This document shows positions 38,584-49,847 of a stretch of 64,000 nt of DNA, in pieces. Under the pieces are notes generated by a model. It made no database searches. It was given only the letters and a program-made list of their open reading frames with translations, and was not told where the DNA came from. Position 1 is the stretch's first letter, and each line of letters starts with the position of its first letter. The stretch is from Corallochytrium limacisporum Hawaii (Eukaryota > Protista > Pluriformea), in assembly GCA_002811645.1 (NCBI GenBank), contig PDIP01000031.1, forward strand, positions 77,821-141,820. The letters are read 5' to 3'. Made by a program: the position numbers and the translations under genes.

Positions 38584-39762
38584 TCAAATCTTCTGGTAGT
38601 CCAATTTGGTCTCCAGCTTCTTCAGCTCAGCCAGCTTGCGAACAGCCTTCATGAAATCCTCATCAATGACGTAGTCACGCTCTGCGCGAATGGCAAACAT
38701 GCCGGCCTCGGTGCACACGTTGCGCAAGTCAGCACCGTTGAAGCCATCGCTTAGCTTCACCACACTCTCGAAGTCAATATCTCCCTTCTTGTTCATCTTG
38801 CTGCTGTGGATCTTCAGAATGTCTAGTCGGGCCTGGGCGTTGGGGAGGGGAATCTCAATCTTTCGGTCAAGACGACCCGGGCGCAGCAGGGCAGGGTCGA
38901 GAGTGTCAGGACGATTGGTAGCCATGATTAGCTTCACCTTGCCTAGTGCGTCAAAACCGTCCATTTGGTTAAGCAATTCCATAAGAGTGCGCTGGATCTC
39001 ACGATCAGCACTTGTACCTTCGCTGAATCGGCGGCCACCGATGGCATCAATTTCATCCATGAAGATAATGCAGGGTTCGTGCCCCTTAGCGTAGCCGAAC
39101 ATTTCACGAATAAGACGCGCGGATTCACCAATGTACTTGTCGACAATGGCACTGGACACCACCTTTAGGAAGTTTGCTTCGATATTGGAGGCAACTGCAC
39201 GGGCCAGCAAGGTCTTTCCTGTACCCGGGGGACCGTAGAGTAGAACACCCTGCGGAGCCTTGATCCCGACACGTACGAACAGTTCCGGATTCAGAAGGGG
39301 CAACTCGATCACCTCACGCAGCTCACGGACCTGATCACCCAATCCGCCCACTTCGTTGAATTGAATGCCGCCAGGATCTTCGTGGCTCATATTATACACT
39401 AGAGGATCTACCTCCCGAGGCAAGCTACGCATGATTGTGAGGGTGGTCATATCCAAGGCGACGCGGGTGCCGTTCTTCAGTTTGGACTTGTCTAGCTGAC
39501 GGCGGCACCCCACGACGTAGCGGGGACCACTGCTTGCCTTGACAATAAAGCGCTCCTCGTCTAGCTGACGGAGAACTTCACCAATGATCTGTCCCACGCT
39601 TTGTAATGCCTTGAGATCATCCTCTGTCTTATCGTAGTCCTTCTGCAGGCCGCGCAATTCCATCCGCTTGGCCTTTACTTTCGCCTCCCATTCACGATGC
39701 TCCAGCACGCGCTTCTGGTAATCCCGGAGGACTTTTTGCCGACGCTCATTTTCGTCAGCCAT
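38584..39762 (-). CDS. PSMC6: 26S proteasome AAA-ATPase Rpt4 (subunit 10B)
   Basis: [76 protein letters not shown]-terminal KLDYQKI. Confidence 0.98.
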   Translation of the reverse strand: MADENERRQKVLRDYQKRVLEHREWEAKVKAKRMELRGLQKDYDKTEDDLKALQSVGQIIGEVLRQLDEERFIVKASSGPRYVVGCRRQLDKSKLKNGTRVALDMTTLTIMRSLPREVDPLVYNMSHEDPGGIQFNEVGGLGDQVRELREVIELPLLNPELFVRVGIKAPQGVLLYGPPGTGKTLLARAVASNIEANFLKVVSSAIVDKYIGESARLIREMFGYAKGHEPCIIFMDEIDAIGGRRFSEGTSADREIQRTLMELLNQMDGFDALGKVKLIMATNRPDTLDPALLRPGRLDRKIEIPLPNAQARLDILKIHSSKMNKKGDIDFESVVKLSDGFNGADLRNVCTEAGMFAIRAERDYVIDEDFMKAVRKLAELKKLETKLDYQKI

Positions 39763-40751
39763 CGTGGTATTGTGTTTTGGATTCGGTCCGTGGAGTGCAG
39801 TCCAACACCTACTGCTGAGAGTTACGTACGGGGATTCCTGTTTCTTTCTTTAACCTTGCGGCACAAAACAAAGCCTTATTCCAGTCACAGGAGCATATGT
39901 ATTGCACACAAAGCTACTGTAATTCTTATATTTAAATCTAGTAGTCGTCAGACCTGCCCTTTAGTAGCCCATAGCGTTCCAGGTGTTTTACTGTAGTTAC
40001 CACAAAGCCTCCTTTCACGCCTTTATCCCCCCACTGATTCCGGTTTGTATTGACTCTGGTTTGAGCGCCACCCACGGACAATGGGGGGGGGGGAGGAGCA
40101 GAGCGCAAAGCGTCCTCGGGCGAGTTGACTTCCAGACGTCTCCCGCCTTTTGCTCTCTCTAACCCCCCCCCCCCTTCCCTTCTGGTGCGCTTCCTAAGTT
40201 GCGCCCTACCAATCTCTCTATCGCCTGGGCCGGCACAGAGCCTGCTCCTTGCGTACCAGAAAAGAAACGAGGAAAAACCCGGAGTCAAAACATCGCGAAG
40301 GAACACTTTTTCAGCCAAAAAGGCATAGCATCTCAGAGTCGGTCCATTCACCTCCCGGACCCAGACCACCCAATTTCAGCTCATCCGGACGTGGGGGAAA
40401 TTCATGTTTCAGTTCAGTAGCTCAGGTGCTCCAAGACACCCGGTCCCGTGCGGATACTATAACTGAAAACCTAATTTCATAATTTAGTTTCACTTTCGCA
40501 GAGTTAGTTGGCGCAAGGCGAACTGGGGAAAGGACGGCGGGCGAATGCGGGGCAGATTGCAGGGGCGGGTGTGATCCGAACGCGTTTCAACTTGAGTTCG
40601 GAGTGAAGCCGTCAGCGGGGTAGCATCAATCTAGTCCATCACACCAGATGAACGAATCTGTTAAAGCCAGCAAAGAGGTCAAGTTCAGAATAAACGCGAT
40701 CTTATATGTACGGAATATGTGTATTGCTACTCTGACGTTTTGAATGAGCAC

Positions 40752-41621
40752 TTAATAATAATCTTGTTCATCGAGCGCTGGACGCTCGGGACGTTCCTCC
40801 TTCTCCATCTGCTGTCCTGCAACATAGGCATTGACGAGCTTGGGGCCGGCCCAGAATGGTAGCATGCACATGGCCATCGCAACGTACGCGCACTTTTCAA
40901 CAGTCTGTGCGCCCATGCAAAGGCTCTTTGAAACGTAGCTCGGAAGACGGAAACGCAACTGGCCATCTTGTTGCTCTAGTAGTTGAGGTGCACCCAGCAA
41001 ACGGCCAGTTCTCACAATTACCATGTAAACCATCCATAAAGGAACGTACATTGTAGCGAAAAAGCTCCAGATCGTGCATGTACAGGCCACCTCCACAGTG
41101 ACCAGTGCCGTGTTCCATTTGGAGGGCTTGGGTGGTGCCGTTACCTCAGGCCGTAGAGGATAATAATTGAAGTTAATGTGATTCATGGTCTTGCTAGCCA
41201 TAGAATATTTTTTGTAGATGTGCTTCGCCCGTTCAACGGGCATGTTCAACCGTGAGGACCGGTTCGCTGCTGCAAACCCTGCTTGCACGTACGGTCGAAA
41301 CTCTTTTCCGTAGATCAGCTCCACCCAGTCTGGGGCGTACTTTTCAAACGTGTACGAAGTCGAACCGTAGAAGCGGCGCCATTCCATTGGAAAATCTCTC
41401 TGTAACAAACTGAAAAAAACCGTGCCACTGTTTAAATACTTCGCCAACAGCGATTTTGAACATTTGCCTAATTCGCAGACATCAATCGCGTCCAGATGCT
41501 TTGCAATCTCCGGTGCAATTTCTGGCGGAAGATTTTCTAGGAGAGAGCGTTCTGTTCTCTTACTGCATTGGCTTATGGAGCCTTCGGACACCCATTGGTG
41601 CCGTAGTGCTATCGTCATCAT
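40752..41621 (-). CDS. F-box protein with C-terminal hydrophobic (probable TM) segments
   Basis: LLENLPPEIAPEIAKHLDAIDVCELGKCSKSL fits the F-box pattern. Hydrophobic segments VACTCTIWSFFATMYVPLWMVYMVIV and CAYVAMAMCMLPFW. First ATG at 41621. Confidence 0.7.
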   Translation of the reverse strand: MMTIALRHQWVSEGSISQCSKRTERSLLENLPPEIAPEIAKHLDAIDVCELGKCSKSLLAKYLNSGTVFFSLLQRDFPMEWRRFYGSTSYTFEKYAPDWVELIYGKEFRPYVQAGFAAANRSSRLNMPVERAKHIYKKYSMASKTMNHINFNYYPLRPEVTAPPKPSKWNTALVTVEVACTCTIWSFFATMYVPLWMVYMVIVRTGRLLGAPQLLEQQDGQLRFRLPSYVSKSLCMGAQTVEKCAYVAMAMCMLPFWAGPKLVNAYVAGQQMEKEERPERPALDEQDYY

Positions 41622-43625
41622 CTCTACCGCGGCACACAAATTTCTAAACACGAAAATCCAGCGTTTCCTGGTCGATGAAGCCTGCTTCCGTTCCTTAAGT
41701 ACGACTCACAGTCGTGTGTTCTGAAATCCTGTCCTTCACAAGCTGGAACCCGAATAATACTTCAAACTCGCCTTCCGATACACTGTAAATTGTCCTACCC
41801 ACACTGAGACGACGCAGAACATCACATTCCACGACAAAGATGTACGCAAAGCCTGGTAGGGACAGGGCACTGGGAGGAATGGCTGTTTGTGTCCCTTACC
41901 ATAGTAGGAGGGGGATCGGTTCTTGCAATGGTCCCGATGGGCCTTCGTTTTATCCACCCTCACATCTATGGCACAGTTCTAATCTCGATGATAACCCGTT
42001 CATTGCTAGGTGCGCTTTACCCCACAGAAAGGAGATCTCGGGCGCCCAATTTACGCAACTGATCTGGGCTTTCGCTTCTCAGATAGGCGAAGCTGGTATG
42101 GTGGCGTTGGAATTTGGAACGTTCGACCCGCAAGCAAAACCCACAGTCCCTCACTTTTCCGGCGGGCAGTCCTCCAGCGGTGAATCTGACTAATACAGGC
42201 CATAATATAGTTAATGTACCAAAATTCTGAGCCGGTCGACTGTACTTGCGCAATAATTGATGACCCCTCTCTGACCGTCTCCGACCCCTCCTCTGTTTTC
42301 CCTACCGTGCCCTTGTTAATTGTTCCTTGTTTCATTATCGGGACAGTCGACGAGGTGATGCCATCGCTTTGCTCGATTCCGTTTTCCTCTTCAGCGATCC
42401 GCCCCGCCGCCGAATCCCTCTGTTCCCCTCGCGGGCCCTTTCCTTTTCTGTACTGTCAAATAAATAGGCCCCCAATTATGGTGGCTGTTGTTTCCCCAGG
42501 GGGCCCGTCCTTTGGCTTAATAAAGGCCACTCCAGGAGGCGTAACAAACTTGCTGCGCCTTATCAACAGTTATCCAACCATGTGCAGTACTCAATCAATG
42601 CACAACGTACTTCCTAGCAGAAGGGGGGGGGGGGGGCACTGCAACCCCTTGTGCATATTTTGTTTCCCTCGAGCGCGCATTTCTCAAACCTCGCCGCAGC
42701 CCCTTTCCCTTTTTTTTCTTCCCTTAATTTTCCTCCTTGGGTTGCGAAATACGGCCGGCCTGCACCGCATGTGCGAGGAGTAGCATCCGCGACAGCCACC
42801 GATGACCGCCATACCCCTCCCTCTCTCACTTCCGGGACCCTCCCACCCTGTCCTCCTCCTTTTGTCCTTGGCTGCAATTTTGTTTGTGCCAGTTCGGTCG
42901 CGGCCTAAGTTTATCGTTACACCTGTAGCCCCAGGCCCCTGTCCCAGGTGCACCGTTCCCGCACTCGACTCGTCAGACTGGTGGTTTTGGCCTTACGAGT
43001 TTCCAAACCCGGGTTCGCGAAGCCGGGCCCTCCCCCTTCACCCACAATAGTGAAGGTACTGAGCCCTTTTTTTAACCATGGCGGGCTCCCCGCTGCAGAA
43101 TAAGGCAAGGGGGGAGCGGGTACCCCTATCGGTGCAGCGTACTGCGGTATACACACACACCGACCTGTCATACTCGTCCACACAGTCACTGCTTGGGAGA
43201 GGTGTGCCTCTGGGCTACCCGGGGGACCCGGTTACGCAGTGGCTGCGGGGCGGCCAAATGATACGGGAAGGCTCGTGGTCTTGCATCAACCGCTGAGTTG
43301 ACGTTGAGTAGTGGGGTTCTGTTGTCTTGATTTGGTAGCGGTGGCAGACGGAGACTGGTGATAGAAGTGTGCAATGACGCGACGGGTGGGATGAGAGTGT
43401 GTCCGGATTAAAACACACTACTGGTAGGAATTGATGACGTATTTGATGGACACCTTGTTAGAGCAAATTGAACATGGTGTCTTACGAGTATAACACAATT
43501 AAATCTTGAATGTGTCAGGGTTGGTTGCGATACTATGCAACCTTGCTTAGTAATACAATCACAATGACTGGATTATATGGATAAATGCAACACGTAACAG
43601 AGCGAGACTCACCAGAACATACACA

Positions 43626-46600
43626 ATGGATCACTATTCGATAGTTCACCGACTTCCGGACCCGGAAGAAGGCGAAGTGGCGATCCAAAAGGCACAGGCT
43701 CTCCTCGAAGAAATTTTGCCCGATGTCTCTGTTGTTCCCGAAGATGTAGAGCTTTTGCAGGCTTGCACATGGGTAATGTACGGAGGGGACCCAGACCACG
43801 TTCTTGCAAAGATTGCTACTGCAGGAAATTCCAGCGACTCCGGTGTTTGCGGCCATGTCTTCAAGAATGGTGAACCGGGATACATGTGCAAGACATGCGG
43901 ATACGACGACACGTGCATCGTCTGTGTGCGTTGCTTCCGCAAGAGCAACCACGAAGGACACAACACATTCATGGTTCAGACAGTTGGTGGTGGCTGCTGC
44001 GACTGCGGTGATCCCGAAGCATGGGCTGAAGAAGGCTGTTGCTCGGACCACTTGGGACCGCATCAGAAACTTAAGGATAAGGAAGCAAGGGTGTCGGAAA
44101 GCATTGAAATCCAGTCGGGAAGCTCATTCCTGGGGTCGGGTGCCCCAACAAATGCTGATCTGGATGCCTTGAAGGCCAAGAAATCCATCCTACAGCAAGC
44201 CAAGGAAGCCGGAATTAGTGAGAATCTGTACAACTACATGACGTCCACACTATCACGACTAATGCACTATGTCACCACAGTGCTATGTAATTGCGAACAA
44301 TTGATCCCCAAGAACCAGGAACAGGAATGGGGAGTGGTCATGATTAACGATGAAGCACACACTTTTGACGATGTAATTACCGCCTTGACCAGCCTGTTGG
44401 AAGTATCCGCAGACAAGGCAGGGCAATTGGCTCAGGAAATCGATAGCGTGGGCAAAACAATGGTATTCTCATCTACCAATCGTGCTGACTGTGTAGAAGT
44501 GCGACAGCGCCTTTACACGTTCAGGAGCCAATCGGATGGAGACATCATGGAAGACAAACCACTGACGCTCCTTATCCAGTGTGGTGCAACTCTGGTGCAC
44601 GAGAAGAGAGCACTACTAATTCTTGAATTTTTGAATACTATCGGTCAGGAATCGCAAATCATGCGTCGCATGATTTGTGAGCAGTTTTGCGCTCCGGTTG
44701 ATCCAGATGACGAGACAAAGTATTTTGAGTACCGACCAGAAACCATGAAGAGGGTAATGGGTACTGGGAATGTGCTCCTCCGGATTGATCGCTTGCTTCT
44801 GAGGGACGGAAAACTCTGGAAAGAGGCCAGAAAGGTTCTGCGCAAGAATTACATCCAGATTTTGATCGTGGATCCAATTTATAAGCGTATCCTGGGTTTG
44901 CGATATGCGTACCACTATAAGACCTTGATGGATTTGTTCCTGGAGTCACGGGCTAACCTCGACGACACTGTCCTGGCGCTTAGCGTGCAGATTTTTAGCT
45001 CGCCGTCATTAGCACTCGAGCTAATCGAAAGCCTGAATTTCACAGATCAGGCATTTGATGTTGTCTTCGGCGTACTCGCTCCGACACTGCATACCAACGC
45101 ATCCGGTATCGCCGGTGGCATTGACCTAGAGCACACTATCATTGAGAAGAATCGGTATCCTCCCGTGTTCCACAATCTGCGGTACATCCTGAGTCACAAG
45201 AATGTACAGCAGCGGATCAGTACACAATCCCTGGAGAAGGCACAAGTTTTGCCTATGCGGACTCTGCAACTCCTGGAAGTATTTCAGGGCATGGACCAAA
45301 ATGAGCGGGCAACTACGGTGCATGTGATGTATGAATCAGAGCTGTGGATCAGTGCTTTTGCCATTACTCTGGAACTGAAGTCTTTGATGCCCTTCATTGT
45401 GGACAGCATCTTGGGAGGCAGCCCTGAATTCAGTCAGGTGTCCCTGAAGATGACCAAGGAAAGGATTCTAAGCTGGCTAGCAAAGGACAACATTGCTATC
45501 ACGGAGATCACCAATGACTATGGAACGTTCCAAGTCGTGCACGGCACGGGACCGGAACATAAAGTCAGTGTCCACATTCCACTACATCGTTTCATGTGCG
45601 AACTGTTGGTGAATGATAGGTACCAAGGTGATTTAGCCAGTGTCTTTGAGCAAGAGAAGAATGTGAAGGACCTGGGACCTGTGAATATGGTGCAGCTTAT
45701 GGAGCATCCGATACGGATCATGGCCCTGCTGGCGCAGGTGAGGTCAAACATGTGGGTCCGCAACGGCTTCAGCATTAAGAATCAGGTCTACAATTACAGT
45801 GGATCATACTTCCGGGAAAGCATGTACGATCTAGACATTGCATATCTGCAGACTATGCTCGCTACCATGAATGGCAACGAGTTCTTGGTCAGCGCACTTC
45901 ACACATACGAGCTTCATGAGTATTTTGGTTTGAGCAGTCATGATGTACGCTCCCTACTCCCGTTCGGACCTGACTTTGGCCACAAGTTACTTATGTGTGA
46001 AGACTTCATGCACTTGCTGATTGTCTTGCTAACAGAGCGCGCACATGTTGGAAACATGACGACGGAGGACATTATTCGGCGTGAAATCGTGCAGCGTCTG
46101 TTCTTGGGTCCACTTTCCTACAGTGAATTGACCAAATCGATAGCCAGCAATCTGACTGAACTCGAAGAATTTGATACGCAGTTGAGAGGTCTCGCCAAGT
46201 TGACGATGCCGGAGGATACCATGGACCACGGCGTTTACGAACTCAAGGAAAAGCATCACAAGAGTTTCAACATGTACTTTTACCACTACTCTCGGGCTGA
46301 CCATGAGAAAGCCATGCAGAAAGTAACCGCTATTCACGCGGAACCTACGGGCCAGAATCTGCAAGAAAACCCTCCGATACCTGAACTGCACGACCTAAAG
46401 CCAATCTTCAAGCCACTCCTGAATCTGCTAAACTCGCGGGTGCTGCACGAAATGATTTACAGTATTCTACAGTTCTGCTGTGTTCACGCGGGAGACCATC
46501 CGGACGCCACGGACTCCACAATCGACAATGTGCTCTCGGAAGCACTGTACCTTCTAGTCGTAGCAATTGATCAGGGAATCCTAGACAAGCCCGTGCCTAG

Positions 46601-49600
46601 TGATGACACACACATTGGGGCCTACCAGGTGGACTCGCTTAATCAGAATGTCTGCCAACTGCGGCTAAGCAACCAGTCCATGTTGAATCATCTCAAGGAC
46701 CTGCGGAGACGCAGCCACAAGTTGCCTTTAGAGCAGCGTCGTATGATCATGTATATTTCTATCCACCTGAGCAATTCCGGCGTCATCAACTTGACGCCAG
46801 AAGAAGAAGCTGCCAACATGGGCCAGCAAGAGGATGAAAAGGCCCGCCGCAAGCGAGAAGCTCAGGCCCGGCGAGAGCGTATTCTAGCCAATTTCAAGCT
46901 CCGTCAGCAGCAATTTATTGATAACCATTTGCAATTGGCTGCTGAGGCGCAAGAAACAAACGGTGGCAGCGATCGAAGGGGCAAGTCTCCCGTGACATTG
47001 GGTGTTCCGTCCGGCGCCGACGATCCCATGGATGTCAGCGGTGGGGACGTCTGCGGTACTCGGATGTCGATTCTAAGCAGCCTTGGCGACTACGCCGGAG
47101 AGTATGACAATGACACGGCGTTTGCGACTACGGATCACGACCTGACTTGCATCCTCTGCCAAGAGCAAGGAACAACCACTACTCTAGCCTATGTCTCTGC
47201 CATGTCCAAGTCGACCGTGTTAGCAAACATGGGGCGAGATACCAAGTCACTTGACTTCTTAGGAACCGATGAGACTGATCCTACAAGCTCTGGCGCCTCT
47301 GCGGCTTTTGGGCACATGCATATCAGTGGGTCAATCTCTTCATCGATAGCCAGCACTAGCAATAGGCGTCCCTCCCAGAGGGGCACACCGTCAACCACCA
47401 CACGTGCCAGTTCGACCACGAATCGTGGCACCCCGGGCACCAATTCGGCTCCAAGTCAGCGAGAAACGCCTGTCGGCAACGGAAACGGTAACGGAGTCAG
47501 CGACAACGAAATAGTCACCCGTTTGACCCCACGCACATTCGACTCCTTTGTCAATTCAGTTCGCCGTCCGGGAGACAGCGAAGCGGCCGGAGTGAACGGG
47601 CCGCGGTCCTTTTTGGACTGGGAGGAGATGGAGGATGCTTACAATTTTAATCCGGACCTGTACTGTGCGTCGTGCGGCCATGTAGTACACTTTAAGTGTT
47701 GGGATCGGTATGTCTCGAGCATCCGCGAGCAGCGTGGAAGGGACCTGCGGCTGGAGATGGGTCGTCTGTCCTCCGTGGAGCTAAACTGTCCCCTGTGCAA
47801 AAGCGTTTGCAACATTCTCATTCCAATCTGCAACCGCAAGATCAGTCGCATTGTCAAACATGAGATTATGGATGGTGTGGATGCCGTCGAATTCCAGCGG
47901 TGGACCACGGAACGGTTGCCGTACCTGCTCATCAACCCTGATCGTACCCCTCCCTTTGGTGCAGGGAAGGAGGCGTTACGTCCCGACGCGCTCGCTCGCC
48001 TGGAGGCCTTTGCGCATAATTCCATAGAATTCCTCAGTAAGGCCTCAAGTAATGCGGCAATGAACATTGCGGATCCGCTAACTGCAATGTCAAGCAGTGA
48101 ATCGGTCTCTGGTGAACCCATTCCGTCCGGTACTGGTGGAGCGGGAGGCTCAGGTAACGGTGCCGTTGACAACGGCGCGCGTAGCTCAACTGCGAGCAGG
48201 GCAGGGAGCCTGGGCCAGGCACCGTCGAGTAAGCAGGCCGCCACCACACGCGGATTGGCCAAGGGCATATTTCGTATGGTCTCCATGTTGGCTTATACTA
48301 CGGCTGTTGAGGAGGTTGCACTGCGTCCACGGGGCTGTGGAATGTTTGGTAGCACGCTCAACCTGGAGCAGGTCGATCGGTCTATTGTTTACGGTATGAA
48401 GGCGCTGGTGAATGCTATCCAAGCGTATCTGTATGCGACGGAAGGGCAGGACTGGGTGTTTGCAGACTGGGGCGGTGTTATCTATGGCGCACTGTTTGCC
48501 GAGGATCCGTCATCTTCGATAAATAAGTCGAACACCGTACCCTTTGGACCGCTGTTGCATTGTGATTTGGTCACGATGATCGTAACGTTGCTTATGGTGG
48601 TGCCTGACATGGCAAACAGCCGCAGGGACACAGTTATGCTCACACGTCTGCTGTACCTGGCACACATTGTCCGCACTCTCATGCTGTTCAGCAAGCAAGG
48701 CATGTCTCCGGAGAGCTTTGCCATAGACCCGGATACGCAGAGTCCAGAGATACAGCGGGACTCGGTTGCGCTTATGGAGCTTTGGAATTACGTAATGGAG
48801 GCTGTCGACCTTGAACGTCTCCACTCGAGCCCTATCGGTGCAATTGAGATTCCGGAGAATGGCTTTGATCCACAGACCGGCAAGTCCAACTTGTCCTTAG
48901 CAACCGTCGTGGCCATCCACTGCATGCCATACCTACGGCGCATTGCGCTACTGCAGTACGTCTACTACAGTTTACCCCTTTCTGATTGGCCACAGTCCGA
49001 CCATGCCATCGCCGACGACGATGAAGGTGGTTTCTGGTCCGAATACGATCGAATGATGGCCTACTGTTCAATGGTGAACTTCACGGAAATGCTCTCCGGC
49101 CAGGGCCACCTGACAGAGACGCTGGGGCCGCTGTTCCGTCAGTGGGCTAAGCACTGGATCCAGGACGTGCCTAAAATGACCACTCTGTGGCACAATCCGG
49201 AGCGTCGCCTGATTACAATGCGCACCTACTCGCTGGTTCCCTTGCCTCAGGACTATTCGGTGCTCTTCCAGGTCTGTACAGAGACAAAATGTGGCTACTG
49301 CGGTCGGGTGCCGCAGGAACCGGCCCTGTGCCTCGTCTGCAACCGCTTTCTCTGCGCCCAGGGACAGTGCTGCAGGCGCCCGGCAATCAACTCGCTCTAC
49401 CCTGGACTTATTGGAGAGTGCTCGTATCATGCGTATCACTGTGGCTTTGGCAATGGTGTCATGCTTTTGTTGAAGCAGTGCATTATTCTTATGCTCTCCG
49501 ACGGGAGAGGAACGTTCTTTGGTGCACCTTACCTCGATGTGCATGGAGAGAGCGACGTCGGTCTCCGCCGTGGCAAGGAATTACGCCTATCCACATCCCG

Positions 49601-49706
49601 TTACTATCAACTTAGCCGCTTGTGGATCCGACACCGTGTCGCGACGGAGATCGCAAGGCGTATGGATGAAACGGGTTTCCATCCTATCGATTGGTCACAG
49701 TTTTAG
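43626..49706 (+). CDS. UBR1: N-degron E3 ubiquitin ligase UBR1/UBR2
   Basis: UBR box CGHVFKNGEPGYMCKTCGYDDTCIVCVRCF...HEGH...GGCCDCGDPEAW, ClpS-like NDEAHTFDDV, VSVHIPLHR, MWVRNG, split RING (CILCQE...CGHVVHFKC...CPLCK), C-terminal PYLDVHGESDVGLRRG. Confidence 0.96.
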   Translation: MDHYSIVHRLPDPEEGEVAIQKAQALLEEILPDVSVVPEDVELLQACTWVMYGGDPDHVLAKIATAGNSSDSGVCGHVFKNGEPGYMCKTCGYDDTCIVCVRCFRKSNHEGHNTFMVQTVGGGCCDCGDPEAWAEEGCCSDHLGPHQKLKDKEARVSESIEIQSGSSFLGSGAPTNADLDALKAKKSILQQAKEAGISENLYNYMTSTLSRLMHYVTTVLCNCEQLIPKNQEQEWGVVMINDEAHTFDDVITALTSLLEVSADKAGQLAQEIDSVGKTMVFSSTNRADCVEVRQRLYTFRSQSDGDIMEDKPLTLLIQCGATLVHEKRALLILEFLNTIGQESQIMRRMICEQFCAPVDPDDETKYFEYRPETMKRVMGTGNVLLRIDRLLLRDGKLWKEARKVLRKNYIQILIVDPIYKRILGLRYAYHYKTLMDLFLESRANLDDTVLALSVQIFSSPSLALELIESLNFTDQAFDVVFGVLAPTLHTNASGIAGGIDLEHTIIEKNRYPPVFHNLRYILSHKNVQQRISTQSLEKAQVLPMRTLQLLEVFQGMDQNERATTVHVMYESELWISAFAITLELKSLMPFIVDSILGGSPEFSQVSLKMTKERILSWLAKDNIAITEITNDYGTFQVVHGTGPEHKVSVHIPLHRFMCELLVNDRYQGDLASVFEQEKNVKDLGPVNMVQLMEHPIRIMALLAQVRSNMWVRNGFSIKNQVYNYSGSYFRESMYDLDIAYLQTMLATMNGNEFLVSALHTYELHEYFGLSSHDVRSLLPFGPDFGHKLLMCEDFMHLLIVLLTERAHVGNMTTEDIIRREIVQRLFLGPLSYSELTKSIASNLTELEEFDTQLRGLAKLTMPEDTMDHGVYELKEKHHKSFNMYFYHYSRADHEKAMQKVTAIHAEPTGQNLQENPPIPELHDLKPIFKPLLNLLNSRVLHEMIYSILQFCCVHAGDHPDATDSTIDNVLSEALYLLVVAIDQGILDKPVPSDDTHIGAYQVDSLNQNVCQLRLSNQSMLNHLKDLRRRSHKLPLEQRRMIMYISIHLSNSGVINLTPEEEAANMGQQEDEKARRKREAQARRERILANFKLRQQQFIDNHLQLAAEAQETNGGSDRRGKSPVTLGVPSGADDPMDVSGGDVCGTRMSILSSLGDYAGEYDNDTAFATTDHDLTCILCQEQGTTTTLAYVSAMSKSTVLANMGRDTKSLDFLGTDETDPTSSGASAAFGHMHISGSISSSIASTSNRRPSQRGTPSTTTRASSTTNRGTPGTNSAPSQRETPVGNGNGNGVSDNEIVTRLTPRTFDSFVNSVRRPGDSEAAGVNGPRSFLDWEEMEDAYNFNPDLYCASCGHVVHFKCWDRYVSSIREQRGRDLRLEMGRLSSVELNCPLCKSVCNILIPICNRKISRIVKHEIMDGVDAVEFQRWTTERLPYLLINPDRTPPFGAGKEALRPDALARLEAFAHNSIEFLSKASSNAAMNIADPLTAMSSSESVSGEPIPSGTGGAGGSGNGAVDNGARSSTASRAGSLGQAPSSKQAATTRGLAKGIFRMVSMLAYTTAVEEVALRPRGCGMFGSTLNLEQVDRSIVYGMKALVNAIQAYLYATEGQDWVFADWGGVIYGALFAEDPSSSINKSNTVPFGPLLHCDLVTMIVTLLMVVPDMANSRRDTVMLTRLLYLAHIVRTLMLFSKQGMSPESFAIDPDTQSPEIQRDSVALMELWNYVMEAVDLERLHSSPIGAIEIPENGFDPQTGKSNLSLATVVAIHCMPYLRRIALLQYVYYSLPLSDWPQSDHAIADDDEGGFWSEYDRMMAYCSMVNFTEMLSGQGHLTETLGPLFRQWAKHWIQDVPKMTTLWHNPERRLITMRTYSLVPLPQDYSVLFQVCTETKCGYCGRVPQEPALCLVCNRFLCAQGQCCRRPAINSLYPGLIGECSYHAYHCGFGNGVMLLLKQCIILMLSDGRGTFFGAPYLDVHGESDVGLRRGKELRLSTSRYYQLSRLWIRHRVATEIARRMDETGFHPIDWSQF

Positions 49707-49734
49707 GACCGCACGCAGTGGCATGATCATCCTT

Positions 49735-49792
49735 AATAAACAATATGTTAGATTCTCTGTAACAAACAGTGTACTAGCGACCCTCGTTTATT
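49735..49792. terminator. AATAAA poly(A) signals of the convergent UBR1 (+, 49735-49740) and IFT144 (-, 49787-49792) genes
   Basis: One canonical hexamer on each strand in the 141-bp gap. Confidence 0.5.
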
Positions 49793-49847
49793 TTATACTT
49801 TCTGAGCGACCTGATCCCTTCCATCTTGCATTTTCAATGTCCGTGAG

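Noticed and set aside
8166-39762. Alternative genetic code or selenocysteine recoding
   Set aside because: Conserved proteins translate full length with the standard code, TAA, TAG and TGA all act as normal stops, and no SECIS-like element was seen.
40397-40478. tRNA, TPP riboswitch or hammerhead ribozyme
   Set aside because: No T-loop GTTCRA or anticodon arm, the TPP 3' half is missing, and there is no CTGANGA/GAAA core.
41840-43296. ORFs in the F-box/UBR1 spacer (e.g. 42214..42783)
   Set aside because: Low-complexity, cross a G14 tract and have no recognisable protein features.
40065-43348. PACE (Rpn4)-like GGTGGC sites upstream of Rpt4 and UBR1
   Set aside because: Partial matches only (GGTGGCG, GGTGGCAGA) in GC-rich DNA, and Rpn4 is a fungal factor.
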